Assembly: GCA_965221125.1 (NCBI GenBank)
Contig: CBDCRW010000006.1
Location: 1-64,000, forward strand
Source of the DNA: Alphaproteobacteria bacterium
GTDB taxonomy: Bacteria > Pseudomonadota > Alphaproteobacteria > UBA828
DNA: 64,000 bases
Direction of reading: 5' to 3'
The notes below the pieces were generated by a model. That model was not told the origin of the DNA, ran no database searches, and was given only the letters and a program-made list of their open reading frames with translations. The position numbers and the translations under genes are program-made. Below are positions 1 through 11,495 of the stretch, one piece after another; the first letter of the stretch is position 1; every line of letters begins with the position of its first letter.

Positions 1-994
1 CGTTGGCTGTGATCTGAGCAAGGTATTCGGCTGGTGTTTGTCCGCCAAGGGCGTGGTGTGGCCTGAAGCTGTTGAACTCGTCGGCGAAGGCGTCGATCCA
101 TCGGTTGATGTCCTTGAGGCTGTCGCTGGGCAGCTCCCAGGTAGCGTAGAACTCGTAGCGCCAGGCGCCGTTGTTGCGCTCGACATGGCCGTTGAGTTCG
201 GGCGTGCGGGGCGGCAGCTCGTAGAGGGCGATGCCGCGCCGCGCGCATTCGGCCTCGAAGTCGGCCTTGAACTCCGATCCGCCATCGACCTGGATGGCCT
301 GGATGGGGAAGGGCATGTCGGCCTGGAGCTTGTCGAGGAAGTTCTTGGCGTTGTGCGCGCTGGCGCGTCGGAAGGCTTGGGCGCAGGTCCACTTGGCGAG
401 CGGATCGCAGGCGGTGAACTGCTTGAGCGTGCGCCGCTCTGCGCCGAGAGAGACGCTGAGCGTGTCGAGCTGGACGATCTCGCCGGGCCGGCTCGGCCTC
501 AGGCCCTTGGGCAGGCGCCTGGCGTGGGGCCGCTTGCGGCGGACGCCATGGCGGCGGCGGCGCAGGGTGGGCACGGGCACGACCCGGCCTCGGGCGACCA
601 GCATCGCCAGGATGCGGCCTACGGTGCTCTCCGAGACGACCCAGCCCTCGCGGCGCAACAGGACGACCAGCTTGGCCTTGCCCCACATCGGATAGTCGCG
701 GCGCATGGCCTCGACCGCCTCCACCAGCGCCGGCGGCCAGGTCGGCCGGCGCAGCCGGTGGGGCCGGCGCGAGCCGGGCTCCGGGCGCTTCGCCCAGCGA
801 TAGAGGGTGGCGCGCGGCACGCCGACCGCCTCTGCGGCATCGGCGGCACTCAGTCCCCGCGCTCGGGCCTGCTGCCAACGCATAAGCGCATCGCGCCTGA
901 TCGCCGCTGCGCTGTCGGGGGGCTCCGCGCCGATCAGGCGCGACCCGACCATCGCGTTTCGGATAACATGGCGGGGCAGGCTTCTGACCTGCAT
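1..994 (-). CDS. IS481-type DDE (rve/integrase core) transposase, 3' end off window
   Basis: ATG at 994 after a GAAGGAGG RBS. MQVRSLPRH... with HTH (AADAAEAVGVPRATLYRW) and DDE motifs VQLDT, IQVDGGSEF and NGHVERNN. Confidence 0.88.
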   Translation of the reverse strand, partial: MQVRSLPRHVIRNAMVGSRLIGAEPPDSAAAIRRDALMRWQQARARGLSAADAAEAVGVPRATLYRWAKRPEPGSRRPHRLRRPTWPPALVEAVEAMRRDYPMWGKAKLVVLLRREGWVVSESTVGRILAMLVARGRVVPVPTLRRRRHGVRRKRPHARRLPKGLRPSRPGEIVQLDTLSVSLGAERRTLKQFTACDPLAKWTCAQAFRRASAHNAKNFLDKLQADMPFPIQAIQVDGGSEFKADFEAECARRGIALYELPPRTPELNGHVERNNGAWRYEFYATWELPSDSLKDINRWIDAFADEFNSFRPHHALGGQTPAEYLAQITAN

Positions 995-1092
995 GGGGGC
1001 CTCCTTCAGGCTGCTTCGGTTCGCACCAACAGCCTCGGAGACCCCCACCCCCACTTCAAGGGGCCCGTCTCATATCTCTCTGAACTTGGTCA
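1..1092 (-). mobile_element. IS481-family insertion sequence, copy 1 (apparently intact; last 35 bp run off the window)
   Basis: Left end reads TGACCAAGTTCAGAGAGATATGAGACGG on the minus strand from 1092. It is near-identical to the interrupted copy at 50958-58810; position 1 corresponds to 58775, giving a 1127-bp element. Confidence 0.88.
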
Positions 1093-1180
1093 GCAGCGGC
1101 GCGCCTCGTTCTCGCCTTGCGCCGGACGCGAGCCCGCCCGACCATGAGCGCCTTCGCATGGAAACGGAGGAGGACGCGTT

Positions 1181-1945
1181 ATGGGACTCGCAAGACGTGA
1201 CATCCTCGTCGGTCTCGCCGGGCTGCCGCTCGCGGCGGTCCTCGCCAACCCGCGGCTCGCGCGTGCCGCCGCGGCCGGCCTCGAGACCGTCACCATCACT
1301 ACAGAAGGCGGGCGAGAGGTCTCGGCGGCGCTCGGCGTCCCCGCAGCGCTGCCGGCGCCGGCCGTGATGCTCGTGCACGAATGGTGGGGGCTGAACGACC
1401 AGATCAAGTCGGTCGCCGCCGCGCTCGCCGACACGGGCTACCTGGCGCTCGCCATCGACCTCTACGACGGGCAGGTGACCGCGGATCCAGGGAAAGCGCG
1501 CGAACTGGTCGGCGCGGTGAACGCAGAAGCCGCGACCGACACCTGCGCCTCGTGGGTGGGCTGGCTCAGGGGCCACGAGAGTAGCACCGGCAAGGTCGGC
1601 ACCGTGGGCTGGTGCTTCGGCGGCGGCTGGTCGCTCAACGCCTCGCTGGCAGCGCCGGTGGATGCGACCGTCGTCTACTACGGCAGCGTGAAGAAGGGGC
1701 GCGAGCGCCTCGCGGCGCTGGCCGGGCCGGTGCTCGGCCACTTCGCCACCAAAGACAAATGGATCAACAGGGACATGGTCGACGGCTTCGAGGCGGAGAT
1801 GGCGGCGGCGGGCAAGAGCGCCGAGAACCACTGGTACGAGGCCCACCACGGCTTCGCCAACCCGACCGGCGCGCGCTACGACGAGGAAGACGCCGCACTC
1901 GCCTGGCAGCGGACCCTGGATTTCTTCGCGGCCCACCTCGCCTGA
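1181..1945 (+). CDS. Dienelactone hydrolase family protein with Tat signal peptide
   Basis: HEWWGLN, GWCFGG nucleophile motif and HGFAN; N-terminal twin-arginine ARRDIL. Confidence 0.9.
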   Translation: MGLARRDILVGLAGLPLAAVLANPRLARAAAAGLETVTITTEGGREVSAALGVPAALPAPAVMLVHEWWGLNDQIKSVAAALADTGYLALAIDLYDGQVTADPGKARELVGAVNAEAATDTCASWVGWLRGHESSTGKVGTVGWCFGGGWSLNASLAAPVDATVVYYGSVKKGRERLAALAGPVLGHFATKDKWINRDMVDGFEAEMAAAGKSAENHWYEAHHGFANPTGARYDEEDAALAWQRTLDFFAAHLA

Positions 1946-1960
1946 GCTGAAGGTGAGGGG

Positions 1961-3838
1961 TTAAGCGCTCCGGATTCTGGGGCGGGATTCGAAGGCGCGC
2001 TCGTCGCGGGGCTTCTCGTCGAAGAGCTCGGCGAGCTTCTCGGTCATCGTGCCGCCGAGCTGCTCCGCATCGGTGAGCGTGACCGCGCGCCGGTAGTAGC
2101 GGGTCACGTCGTGGCCGATGCCGATGGCGAGCAACTGCACCGGCGAGAAGGTCTCGACCCAGTCGATGACCGAGCGCAGGTGCCGCTCCAGATAGTTGCG
2201 CGCGTTGACCGAGAGCGTGCTGTCGTCGACCGGCGCGCCGTCGGAGATCACCATGAGGATGCGCCGCTCCTCGGTCCTGCCGAGCAGGCGGTCGTGCGCC
2301 CACAGCAGCGCCTCGCCGTCGATGTTCTCCTTGAGCAGGCCCTCGCGCAGCATGAGGCCGAGGCTGCGCCGCGCCCTGCGCCAGGGCTCGTCCGCGTTCT
2401 TGTAGATGATGTGGCGGAGGTCGTTGAGGCGCCCCGGATTGCGCGCGCGCCCCTCGGCCAGCCAGCGCTCGCGCGACTGGCCGCCCTTCCACGCCCGGGT
2501 GGTGAAACCCAGGATCTCCACCTTCACGCCGCAGCGCTCCAGGGTGCGCGCCAGGATGTCGCCGCTCATGGCGGCAACCATGATCGGCCGCCCGCGCATG
2601 GAGCCCGAGTTGTCGATGAGCAGCGTGACCACCGTATCCCTGAACGACGTCTCCTTCTCCATCTTGTAGGAGAGCGGGTGCAGCGGGTTGGTGACGACGC
2701 GCGAGAGCCGCGCGGTATCCAGCAGGCCTTCTTCCAGGTCGAACTCCCACGAGCGCGTCTGGCGCGCGAGCAGGCGGCGCTGCAGCCGGTTCGCGAGCCG
2801 GCTGATGACGCCATGCAGCTGCGAGAGCTGCTGGTCGAGCTGAAGCCTGAGCCGGGTCAGCTCCTCCGCGTCGCAAAGCTCGGAGGCGCTGACGATCTCG
2901 TCGAAGGCGGTCGTGTACGCCTTGTAGGGCGGCTCCTTCGGCTGGCCCGGCCCGGAGCCGGGATGGAAGCGCCGCCGGCCGGCCTCCTCGTCGTCCTCCT
3001 CGCCCTCGCTCATGGAGGCGTCGGCGTCCTCGTCGGCCGCGTCCTGCGCGTCGGCGTCCGCATCCGCGTCGGCATCCGCCTCCCGGTCGCTGTCCGAGTC
3101 CATCTCGTCGCCGCGCTCGGCCTCGCCCGGCTGGCTGGCGTCGTCATCGTCGGTCTGTTCCGGGCTCGACTGGTCCTCGGCGTCGTCCGGGTCCTCGGCG
3201 TCCTCGTCAGGCAGGTCCAGGTCCTTGATGAGGCGCCGGGAGAGCATGGAGAACTGGGACTGATCCTCCATCGCGCGCATGAGCTGCGTCGTGTACTTGG
3301 CGCCCTTGTTTTCGAACCACGGCCGCCACAGGTCGGCCATGTGGCGGGCGGACTGCGGCAGGTGCCGGCCGGTGAGCTTCTCGCGCATGATCATGGCGAG
3401 CGCTTCGGCGACCGGCACCTCTTCCGGCATCGTGCTGTGATCGTAACCCTTGCGCCGGCATCTCTGTTCGAGCGCGGAATCGAGGTTGGCCGCCACGCCC
3501 GCCATCCGGCCTGCGCCCAGCGCTTCGACCCGCGTCTGCTCGATGGCATCGTAGATCGCGCGCGCGGTCTTGCCGCGCGGCTGCTCGCGCACGTGGGCGC
3601 CCTGATCGTGGTAGCGCAGCCTGAGCGCCAGCGCGTCGGCCGAGCCCCGCACCAGCTCCACGTCGAGCGCGTTGAGATCGCGCGCCGGAAACGGGAGCTG
3701 GACCTGGTCGCCCGCGACCTGCGGCTGGTCCGCGCCGAAGGAGACCTGCAGCTCCTCGTCCGTGCGGCCCGCGATGGCGCGCAACGCCGAGCCGACGGCC
3801 CGCTGGAAGGTCTCGACCGGAGTTTCCTCTTCGGCCAC
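1961..3838 (-). CDS. cobT: Cobaltochelatase subunit CobT
   Basis: Acidic linker plus C-terminal vWA domain ([31 protein letters not shown]); follows cobS. Confidence 0.95.
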   Translation of the reverse strand: MAEEETPVETFQRAVGSALRAIAGRTDEELQVSFGADQPQVAGDQVQLPFPARDLNALDVELVRGSADALALRLRYHDQGAHVREQPRGKTARAIYDAIEQTRVEALGAGRMAGVAANLDSALEQRCRRKGYDHSTMPEEVPVAEALAMIMREKLTGRHLPQSARHMADLWRPWFENKGAKYTTQLMRAMEDQSQFSMLSRRLIKDLDLPDEDAEDPDDAEDQSSPEQTDDDDASQPGEAERGDEMDSDSDREADADADADADAQDAADEDADASMSEGEEDDEEAGRRRFHPGSGPGQPKEPPYKAYTTAFDEIVSASELCDAEELTRLRLQLDQQLSQLHGVISRLANRLQRRLLARQTRSWEFDLEEGLLDTARLSRVVTNPLHPLSYKMEKETSFRDTVVTLLIDNSGSMRGRPIMVAAMSGDILARTLERCGVKVEILGFTTRAWKGGQSRERWLAEGRARNPGRLNDLRHIIYKNADEPWRRARRSLGLMLREGLLKENIDGEALLWAHDRLLGRTEERRILMVISDGAPVDDSTLSVNARNYLERHLRSVIDWVETFSPVQLLAIGIGHDVTRYYRRAVTLTDAEQLGGTMTEKLAELFDEKPRDERAFESRPRIRSA

Positions 3839-3853
3839 GGGGCGTGCTCCGGC

Positions 3854-4855
3854 TCAGGCGCTCGGCAGCAGCGGCGCCGAGGATTCGGGAAGCTCCATGC
3901 CCAAGCACCGCTGGAAGTACTCGGCGATGATCGGCCGCTCCATCTCGTCGCACTTGTTCACGAAGGTGGTGCGGAAGGCATAGCCCACGTCGCCGAAGAT
4001 CTCCGCGTTCTCGGCCCAGTGGATGACCGTGCGGGGCGACATGACGGTGGAGACGTCGCCCGCCATGAAGCCCGCGCGGGAGAGCGCCGCGACCTCGACC
4101 ATCGCGTGGATCAGCTTGAGCTTCTCCTCGTTCTCGTAGGACGGCACCTTCGAGAGCACGATCTTCACTTCCTCGTCGTGGGCGAGGTAGTTGAGCGTCG
4201 CCACCAGGTTCCAGCGGTCCATCTGGCCCTGGTTGATCTGCTGCGTGCCGTGATAGAGGCCGGTCGTGTCGCCGAGGCCGACGGTGTTGGTGGTGGAGAA
4301 GATGCGGAACGCGGGATGCGGCCGCACCACCCGGTTCTGGTCGAGCAGGGTGAGCTTGCCGTCGACCTCGAGGATGCGCTGGATCACGAACATGACGTCC
4401 GGCCGGCCGGCGTCGTACTCGTCGAACACCAGCGCCGTCGGGTGCTGCAGCGCCCACGGCAGCAGGCCCTCGCGGAACTCGGTCACCTGCTTGCCGTCGC
4501 GGATCACGATCGCGTCCTTGCCGATCAGGTCGATGCGGCTGATGTGACTGTCGAGATTGATGCGGATGCAGGGCCAGTTGAGGCGGGCGGCAACCTGCTC
4601 GATATGGGTAGACTTCCCGGTGCCGTGATAGCCCTGGATCATCACCCGGCGGTTGTGCGCGAAGCCGGCCAGGATGGTGAGCGTGGTATCGCGGTCGAAG
4701 CGGTACGCGGTGTCGATGTCTGGCACGTGATCCGTCGGCTCCGAGAACGCCGGCACCTCCATGTCGGTGTCGATACCAAACGTCTGGCTGACGGAAACCT
4801 GGATGTCCGGCACGCTGCCGTTGGCGCCCGCCGCCTCTGCCTCGTTCTTCTGCAT
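3854..4855 (-). CDS. cobS: Cobaltochelatase subunit CobS (AAA+)
   Basis: [22 protein letters not shown] and [11 protein letters not shown]; start chosen at MQKNE. Confidence 0.95.
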   Translation of the reverse strand: MQKNEAEAAGANGSVPDIQVSVSQTFGIDTDMEVPAFSEPTDHVPDIDTAYRFDRDTTLTILAGFAHNRRVMIQGYHGTGKSTHIEQVAARLNWPCIRINLDSHISRIDLIGKDAIVIRDGKQVTEFREGLLPWALQHPTALVFDEYDAGRPDVMFVIQRILEVDGKLTLLDQNRVVRPHPAFRIFSTTNTVGLGDTTGLYHGTQQINQGQMDRWNLVATLNYLAHDEEVKIVLSKVPSYENEEKLKLIHAMVEVAALSRAGFMAGDVSTVMSPRTVIHWAENAEIFGDVGYAFRTTFVNKCDEMERPIIAEYFQRCLGMELPESSAPLLPSA

Positions 4856-4932
4856 TGCGCGCTTTCCCTCCGCACAAAGAAGGCCGCCATCGGCGGCCCG
4901 TCCCGTGCCAGTCCGATCGACCTCGCCTTCGT

Positions 4933-5514
4933 CTATAAGCACTCCTTCTTGAGGTAGTTATAGGCGTGATTGATGTGTTTCAAAAGCTCCTCGGACTCGC
5001 GCGAGCCTCCGTTGGCGTCGGGGTGATGCCGCTTGACCAGGGTCTTGTAGCGCCGCTTGAGCAGGTCGAGGTCGAAGGGCGGCGTGAGGTCGAAGAGCGC
5101 GAGCGCTTCGAGCTTGGCCTCGGAGAGCGCGTGCGCGCCGGGGCGCCGATGTCCGTTCTGCCCGACGTCGTCGCCCAGCCACTCGCGCGCGAAGATGCGG
5201 AATGCCTCTTCCAGCTCCTCCCGCCGGCGCCCGCCGGGGCCGTTGCAGAACGGCCAGGTGGGGCGGTGGCCGGTCATGTCGTCGCGCTGGAAACGCTCGA
5301 TGTCGTGCTGGCTCCAGCCGGCGAAGAAGTTCCACGAGCGGTTGTAGTCGCGCACGTGGTCGAGACAGAACCAGCGGTAGGAGCGGAGGTCGTCCGGCGC
5401 GCGCGGTGCGCGGTGGTCCGCCTCGCGCTCGCAGTCGGGATGCTCGCACACGCGGACAGGCGGCTCCTCCGCCTCGTGGGGCGCTCCCCCTTCCGCTGCA
5501 TGGCGCCATTCCAT
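4933..5514 (-). CDS. J-domain protein with N-terminal Cys/His motif
   Basis: C-terminal HHPDANGG; conserved alphaproteobacterial position upstream of cobST. Confidence 0.88.
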   Translation of the reverse strand: MEWRHAAEGGAPHEAEEPPVRVCEHPDCEREADHRAPRAPDDLRSYRWFCLDHVRDYNRSWNFFAGWSQHDIERFQRDDMTGHRPTWPFCNGPGGRRREELEEAFRIFAREWLGDDVGQNGHRRPGAHALSEAKLEALALFDLTPPFDLDLLKRRYKTLVKRHHPDANGGSRESEELLKHINHAYNYLKKECL

Positions 5515-5610
5515 GGCCGCACTATGCCGCCCCCACCAGGGCGGAGCAAGGCGAGGAACGGAGACAATTCGGTGACTAAGGGTTGCCTGAGCGGCTGGCC
5601 CTAACGCGCT

Positions 5611-7221
5611 CTAATTATGGTCGCGGCGGATCATGTCGGCGGCCTTCTCGCCGATCATGATGGTGGGCGCATTGGTGTTGCCGGACGGAATCGCGGGCAT
5701 GATGGAGGCGTCGGCAACCCGCAGGCCGGCGATGCCGTGGACCCGGAGCCTGGCGTCGACGACGCTCATGGCGTCGCTCCCCATCTTGCACGTGCCCACC
5801 GGGTGATAGACCGTGCCTGCGGTCTCGCGCACGTAGGAGATCAGCGCTTCGTCGCTCTCCACGTCCGGCCCCGGCCGCTCCTCGGCGACGACGCAGGAGG
5901 CGAAGGGCTCGGTGGCGAGGATGCGGCGCAGGATGCGCACGCCCCGCACGAGGCTCATCACGTCTTCGTCGTGATCGAGGTAGTTGGGTTGGATCGCGGT
6001 GCGCTGCGCACCCTCGGCATCGCGGGCGAGCGTGACCCGGCCGCGGCTCCTCGGCCGGGTGGCGCAGACCGAGCCGGTGCCGCCGGGGTAGGGGTGCGCG
6101 CGCCAGCCGCCGTCCGGCAGCAGGTCGAAGCTGAGCGGGCGGAAGGTGATCTCGATGTCGGGTCTGCCGCCGCGCTCCGTGGAATCGAGAAAGCCGCAGA
6201 CCTCGCACGAGGTCAGCGACAGCGCGCCGGTGCGGAAGAGGCCGTAGCGCAGCACCTCCGCCGCGAGCCGCGGGCGGCTGCGGAGCAGCCGGTTGAGCGT
6301 CGGCACTCCCTTCTTCAGCCGGGGCTGCACGAAGACGAAGAGATGGTCGTGCAGGTTCTCGCCGACGCCCGGCAGATGATGGACCGGCGCGATGCCGAGT
6401 TCCTTGAGCGCCGCCGCATCGCCGATCCCGGATTGCTGCAATATCTGGGGCGAGGCCACGGCGCCGGCGCAGAGCACCACTTCCCGCTCGCACCGGGCGG
6501 TGACCGTGGCGCCGGATTTCTCCCTGTAGACGACGCCGGTAGCGATGCCGTCCTCCACGACGATGCGCTCTGCCAGCGCCTCGGTCACGATGCGCAGGTT
6601 CTCCCGCGCCGTCGCCGGCCGCAGGTAGCCCACGGCGGTGGTCATGCGCCGGCCGTTCCTGATCGTGCCCTGGACGTGGGCGATGCCGTGCTGGTCGCCG
6701 GTGTTCAGGTCGTCGAGGCGGGGAATGCCGCTCCGCACCGCGGCGTCGACGAAGAGCCGCGACGCCGGGCTGCTCGGCCGCGTGTCGCTCACCCCGATGG
6801 GGCCGCCGGCGCCGTGGCTCTCGCTCTCGCCGTGCTGCTGGTCCTCGGCCTTGCGGAAGTAGGGCAGCACGTCGTCCCAGCCCCAGCCTTCGTTGCCGGC
6901 GTCGCGCCAGGCGTCGTAGTCCTCCGCCTGGCCGCGGATGTAGAGCATGCCGTTGATCGCGCTGGAGCCGCCAAGCACCTTGCCGGCGGGGAAGGGCATG
7001 CGCCGGCCGCCGAGGCCCGGCACCGGCTCCGACTGCCGCCGCCAGTTGAGCGTCGGGTGGGTGAGCAGGCGGGTGAACCCGGCGGGGATGTGGATGAAGG
7101 GGTTGGTGTCTTTCGGCCCCGCTTCGAGCAGCAGCACGCGGTTGCGCGGGTCCTCGGCAAGGCGGCCTGCGACTGCGGCGCCGCCGGAGCCCGAGCCGAT
7201 GACGATGTAATCGGCCTGCAT
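5611..7221 (-). CDS. GMC (choline dehydrogenase-like) oxidoreductase
   Basis: GSGSGG FAD motif, [22 protein letters not shown] and [13 protein letters not shown]. Confidence 0.92.
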   Translation of the reverse strand: MQADYIVIGSGSGGAAVAGRLAEDPRNRVLLLEAGPKDTNPFIHIPAGFTRLLTHPTLNWRRQSEPVPGLGGRRMPFPAGKVLGGSSAINGMLYIRGQAEDYDAWRDAGNEGWGWDDVLPYFRKAEDQQHGESESHGAGGPIGVSDTRPSSPASRLFVDAAVRSGIPRLDDLNTGDQHGIAHVQGTIRNGRRMTTAVGYLRPATARENLRIVTEALAERIVVEDGIATGVVYREKSGATVTARCEREVVLCAGAVASPQILQQSGIGDAAALKELGIAPVHHLPGVGENLHDHLFVFVQPRLKKGVPTLNRLLRSRPRLAAEVLRYGLFRTGALSLTSCEVCGFLDSTERGGRPDIEITFRPLSFDLLPDGGWRAHPYPGGTGSVCATRPRSRGRVTLARDAEGAQRTAIQPNYLDHDEDVMSLVRGVRILRRILATEPFASCVVAEERPGPDVESDEALISYVRETAGTVYHPVGTCKMGSDAMSVVDARLRVHGIAGLRVADASIMPAIPSGNTNAPTIMIGEKAADMIRRDHN

Positions 7222-7231
7222 GGGCTGCGCG

Positions 7232-7963
7232 TCAGGCGAGCGCTTCCGCGAGCGCCGTCGTGTCCGCGACGATCAGGTCCGGCCGGTGCGGGGTCTCGCC
7301 GAAGGGCCGGCTGCGGCGGTCGATGAAGACCGTGCGCATGCCGTAGGCCTTGGCGCCGATGCAATCGAAGGCGTGATTGGCGACGAGGGCGCAGGCCGTG
7401 CGGTCGACGCCGATGATCTCCGCGGCCCTGGCGTAGGTCCGCCAGTGAGGCTTGAAGGCGCCGGCCTCCTGCACCGAGACGACGTGGTCGAAGGGCACGC
7501 CCACGTGCGGCATGGCGGCCTCCAGCATGTCGCGGTCGCCGTTGGAGAGGATGGCGAGCGCGTAGCCGGCGGCGCGCAGCCGCTCCAGCGCCTCCGGCAC
7601 TTCGGGGAAGGGTTTTAGCGTCTCGATATGGCTGACGAGGCGCATCACCTCCTCCTGCGTGTAGGGAAAGCCGCAGCGATCCATCACGTAAGAGAGCGCG
7701 CGGTGGCTGATCTCGCGATAGGAGGTATGGCCCCGGTCGCAGAGGGAATCGATCATCGAGTTCTCGAAATGGGTGCGCCGCCACCACGTGACGAAGCGGT
7801 GCGGCATGCCGTCCCAGCCCTTCTCCTTCAAGTACGGGGCGGCGGCCTCGGTCAGCCCGGCCTGCATGTCCACGACCGTGCCGTAGAGGTCGAAGACCAG
7901 GACCTTCGTCTCGCGCCTGAGGATCGCCGCCCGCTCCGTGCCGGCGCCGGGATCAGTCGACAA
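7232..7963 (-). CDS. Haloacid dehalogenase type II family hydrolase
   Basis: FDLYGTVVD, LSNG, FKPH and ANHAFD motifs. Confidence 0.88.
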   Translation of the reverse strand: MSTDPGAGTERAAILRRETKVLVFDLYGTVVDMQAGLTEAAAPYLKEKGWDGMPHRFVTWWRRTHFENSMIDSLCDRGHTSYREISHRALSYVMDRCGFPYTQEEVMRLVSHIETLKPFPEVPEALERLRAAGYALAILSNGDRDMLEAAMPHVGVPFDHVVSVQEAGAFKPHWRTYARAAEIIGVDRTACALVANHAFDCIGAKAYGMRTVFIDRRSRPFGETPHRPDLIVADTTALAEALA

Positions 7964-8651
7964 AGCGGGCTGCTCCCGGCTCCAGGTAGGCGCGCCACGA
8001 GTCGGGATAGGTGAGGCCGTCCTTCACCTTGGCCTCCACCTCGCTCTCCATGCGCTTGATTTCGTCGACGTGGGCGATCACGTCGCCGAGCGCATCCTGG
8101 GGCACGACGACGACGCCATCGACGTCGCCCACCAAGACGTCGCCGGGGTTCACCGTGACGCCGCCGATGCTGATGGCCAGGCCCACCGTGCCGGGGCCGT
8201 TCCGTTGCGGCGAGTTGGGGCTTACGCCCGCGCAAAAGACCGGCAGGCCGACGGCGATGATGCCGGGCGTATCGCGCACCGCGCCGTCGGTGACCAGCCC
8301 CGCAGCCCCGCCGTTCAGCAGCATGCCTGCCATCAGGTCGCCGATCACGGCGGTGCCGAGATAGCCCTCGGTGCCGACCACGAGCACGTCGCCGGGCTCC
8401 GCGTACGCCAGCGCGCCGACCAGGCCGAGCTGGTCCGCCGGGCTGGTCATGCAGGGCAGCGCCGGGCCCACAAAACTCTTCATGGCGGGCGGCGCATCCG
8501 CGATCGGCTTGATCGACGCATCGAGCGCGCCGAGCCCGCCGAGCGCGTCGACGACCTGGCCGGTCATCGCGCCCTCCAGCGTGGCGATGGCGTCGCGCGG
8601 CGGCCTCCGGAACGTGCGGCGAATGGTGAGCGCGGGCGGGGTCTCGAGCAT
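7953..8651 (-). CDS. RraA-like / HMG-aldolase family protein
   Basis: AVIGDLM, LVTDGAVRD and PGDVLVGDVDGVVVVP. Confidence 0.88.
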   Translation of the reverse strand: MLETPPALTIRRTFRRPPRDAIATLEGAMTGQVVDALGGLGALDASIKPIADAPPAMKSFVGPALPCMTSPADQLGLVGALAYAEPGDVLVVGTEGYLGTAVIGDLMAGMLLNGGAAGLVTDGAVRDTPGIIAVGLPVFCAGVSPNSPQRNGPGTVGLAISIGGVTVNPGDVLVGDVDGVVVVPQDALGDVIAHVDEIKRMESEVEAKVKDGLTYPDSWRAYLEPGAARFVD

Positions 8652-8701
8652 GGCGTGGTCCTCTGGTTGTTCTGCGGTCTCGAATCGTCGGAAACGCTGC
8701 C

Positions 8702-9967
8702 TCAGGCCTCGACGCAACGGATCGGCAGGGATTCCAGGCCGCGCAGCACGATGCTGTTGCGGAAGCGCGGCTCTCCATCGAGCAGGCCGATCCGCGAAAA
8801 ACGCTCCAGCAGCATCTCCAGGACGATCCGGCCCTCCAGGCGCGCGAGGGGGGCGCCGATGCAATGGTGGATGCCGCGCCCGAAGGACAGATGGGAGCGG
8901 TCTCCGCGGCCGACGTCCAGCGTGTCCGGATTCTCGAACACGTCCGGGTCCCGGTTGGCCGAGCCGAGGAGCAGGACGATGTTCTCGCGCTGCTTCAGGG
9001 GGAATCCGTTCACCTCGCAGTCGGTGAGCACGCGCCGGAAGTCGGTCTGCACCGGCGAATCGAAGCGCAGCAGCTCATCCACGGCCAGCGGGATCAGGCT
9101 TGGATCGTCCCTGAGCCGCTGGAGCTGATCGGGGTAGCGCAGCAGCGCCAGAAAGCCGTTGCCGATGAGGTTGGTGGTGGTCTCGTTGCCGGCGATGAGC
9201 AGCAGGCGCAGCATGTTCAGCATTTCGCGCTCGGTCAGGCGGTCGCCTTCTTCCTCGGCCTGCGCGAGCCCGCTCAAGATGTCGTCCTGCGGTTCCGCCC
9301 GGCGCTCCTCGATGATCGGCCGGAAGTATGCATCGAGCGCCCTGGACGCGGCTTCGGAGGCCGCGCGTTCCTGCGCGCTGATAATCGGCTCCAGGGTACG
9401 CGCGCGCTGGTCCGACCAGATCTTGAACTGCGCCCGGTCTTCCGCCGGTATGCCCAGCATCTCGGCGATGACGATGACCGGCAGCGGCTGAGCCACCGCC
9501 TTCATGAGGTCGAAGCCGGCGGGATCGTCGATGTCGTCCAGCAGGGACCCGAGCAGGCTGCGGATGTGGGGCTCGAGCGCGTTGACCGCCTTGGGCGTAA
9601 ACGCCTTGTTGACGAGTGCTCTCAAGCGCTTGTGGTCCGGCGGGTCGAGGAACAGCATCGTGAATTCCTCGTCCGCCGGCAGCTTGGCGCGCTGATCGCG
9701 GGAAAGCGTGCCCTTGCGCGGGTCGTTGCCGAAGCGCTGATGGTCGCGCAGGATGATGTCGATGTCGGCGTGGCGCGAGAACAGCCAGGCGTTCATCAGC
9801 CTGCTGTGGTGCACGGGCCCCCGCTCGCGCAAGGCCGCGTAGACGGGATAGGGGTCCTGAGCCGTAGCGTCGGACAGCGGGTTGTAGGCCACGCCGCTCT
9901 GCCAGCGCTCCCGCGCGAGCATCGAGCCCACGACGACGGACTTGATCGCTTGGCGCATTAGCTGCAT
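8702..9967 (-). CDS. Cytochrome P450
   Basis: DPPDHKRLR, I-helix AGNETT, EXXR (ELLR) and heme motif FGRGIHHCIG. Confidence 0.95.
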   Translation of the reverse strand: MQLMRQAIKSVVVGSMLARERWQSGVAYNPLSDATAQDPYPVYAALRERGPVHHSRLMNAWLFSRHADIDIILRDHQRFGNDPRKGTLSRDQRAKLPADEEFTMLFLDPPDHKRLRALVNKAFTPKAVNALEPHIRSLLGSLLDDIDDPAGFDLMKAVAQPLPVIVIAEMLGIPAEDRAQFKIWSDQRARTLEPIISAQERAASEAASRALDAYFRPIIEERRAEPQDDILSGLAQAEEEGDRLTEREMLNMLRLLLIAGNETTTNLIGNGFLALLRYPDQLQRLRDDPSLIPLAVDELLRFDSPVQTDFRRVLTDCEVNGFPLKQRENIVLLLGSANRDPDVFENPDTLDVGRGDRSHLSFGRGIHHCIGAPLARLEGRIVLEMLLERFSRIGLLDGEPRFRNSIVLRGLESLPIRCVEA

Positions 9968-10815
9968 CGAAGCCTCCTTGCTGCCGCCCCTGTCGTGGCA
10001 CCGTCGGTGACGCGAGAATAGCGCGGCAGACCGAGAGAGCGCCATCGGCGCGGTGGGAGTCCCCAACTGGCAGCGCCCATCGAGACTCAGCCGCGCGGAC
10101 CGCGCCTTTCATGCCGAAAGCGGCATGGCAAGGCCCGCAACCGTACTGAGGCAGCGACGAATCGGCGCCCGCTCGGCGCAAAGCGCGCGCTACGCGGAAA
10201 ACTTGTCTTTGTCCGAAACGTCGACAGTCACACTAATGTGTCAAACATCGGTTTCCGCCAGTCGGCAACTCAGCCCGTCGATCGCGTTCTTGCCACCGCG
10301 TTCGAAAACCCCGACCCGAAGAATGGCCAATCCGGTTTGTCGATACAAAGGCAAGCAGTCGCCGACAATCCTCAATGGTGTCGTTGTTGGCCTCTTTCTC
10401 TTCAATTGTGACGGCAAAGCGCCGGATGTAGAATTCGCAATCTTGGCCATTTAGGATGGCAAATGGGGTGGCGCTAGCTGGAAAAGCGGCGCCCGTGGCT
10501 ATCCTCCTGCCTCCAGAGTGACGGCCTCTGGCTAATCCAATGGCTCTTCAGCCGGCCATATGATTGTTTGGTATTGACGGTCCGGCAGCGTAGTCGGCGT
10601 AGTCCGAGCAAGTCGGGTGCTTACCGCCAGACCCTTCCCGATGCTCGTTTTGTCGACGCGAATTGCAGCTACTGCGAAAAGGCCTGACGCACCGCCCAGG
10701 GCGAGCGCCTGTTGCCGACACGGGCCACCATGGCGCGCCCGAACGGTACGCTCCGGGTCTGCAAATCGAAAACGGCCCCCGGCGCTCGGGGACCGTTCGG
10801 AGCTGTGCTGAACAG

Positions 10816-11097
10816 TTACTGTTTGGCCGGCTCGACGATGATCCGTCCGCGACCGCGCCTGAGCAGATAGCCGCCCCGCGGGATTGCCAAGGTGCCCTGC
10901 TGGACGAGGGGCCAGAGAGCATCGACGATCATCGCCGCATTCTCATCGGCTTTTGCGACCGGCCGCGACGCAAGCCACTCGGCAAACGCGCGCTCGCCGA
11001 CCTCGTCGCCCACCGATTTTCTGAGCGCATTCAGTTTGCGGCGCTGACCCTTGGTCAGAGCGCTTTCGTCGATCCGGGGAGGAGAATTTTGAGCCAT
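10816..11097 (-). CDS. Small basic hypothetical protein
   Basis: Protein-like 93-aa ORF (MAQNSPPRIDESALTKGQRRKLNALRKSVG...) with an AAAGG-like RBS, in an AT-richer spacer; no family recognised. Confidence 0.6.
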   Translation of the reverse strand: MAQNSPPRIDESALTKGQRRKLNALRKSVGDEVGERAFAEWLASRPVAKADENAAMIVDALWPLVQQGTLAIPRGGYLLRRGRGRIIVEPAKQ

Positions 11098-11495
11098 CGA
11101 ATTGCCTTTTGTGATTGCATCAGCGGGGCGCCTCTCCTGCTTCATACCATCTTTGTCGCCGAAAGTCCTTAACATGATCCAAAATTTTGTTTGCTGAATC
11201 CGCAATACGGCAAAGAACGCCTGCTCGGTCCGCGTGTGACGAGCGCGGTCAAAGGCACCGTCTGCACCGTCGCGTGTGTCGGCTCGTCCGTGGACCTCGC
11301 AGCCAATACGGCCGCGCCCATGCTTGACTCCAACCGAAGTGCGGCGAAACGACCCGCGAAACTAAATGGACGCTGCGAATTCCTGCAGGGCGATGGAGAG
11401 GCCCGGCCGTTTTCCCTTCATCTCAATACACACGGCTCCCCGATTGGCGCTTTCGGTTCGGACGTGCGACACCTGACGAGACGTGCGGAACAAGG

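Noticed and set aside
38-1147. 369-aa plus-strand ORF and its twin at 57875-58816
   Set aside because: Antisense to the IS481 transposase; duplicated only because the IS is duplicated.
2111-4957. 948-aa plus-strand ORF
   Set aside because: Antisense shadow of cobS/cobT caused by high-GC codon bias; no motifs.
10241-10450. 69-aa minus-strand ORF in the atypical spacer
   Set aside because: No RBS, motif or coding bias; competing frames are equally plausible.
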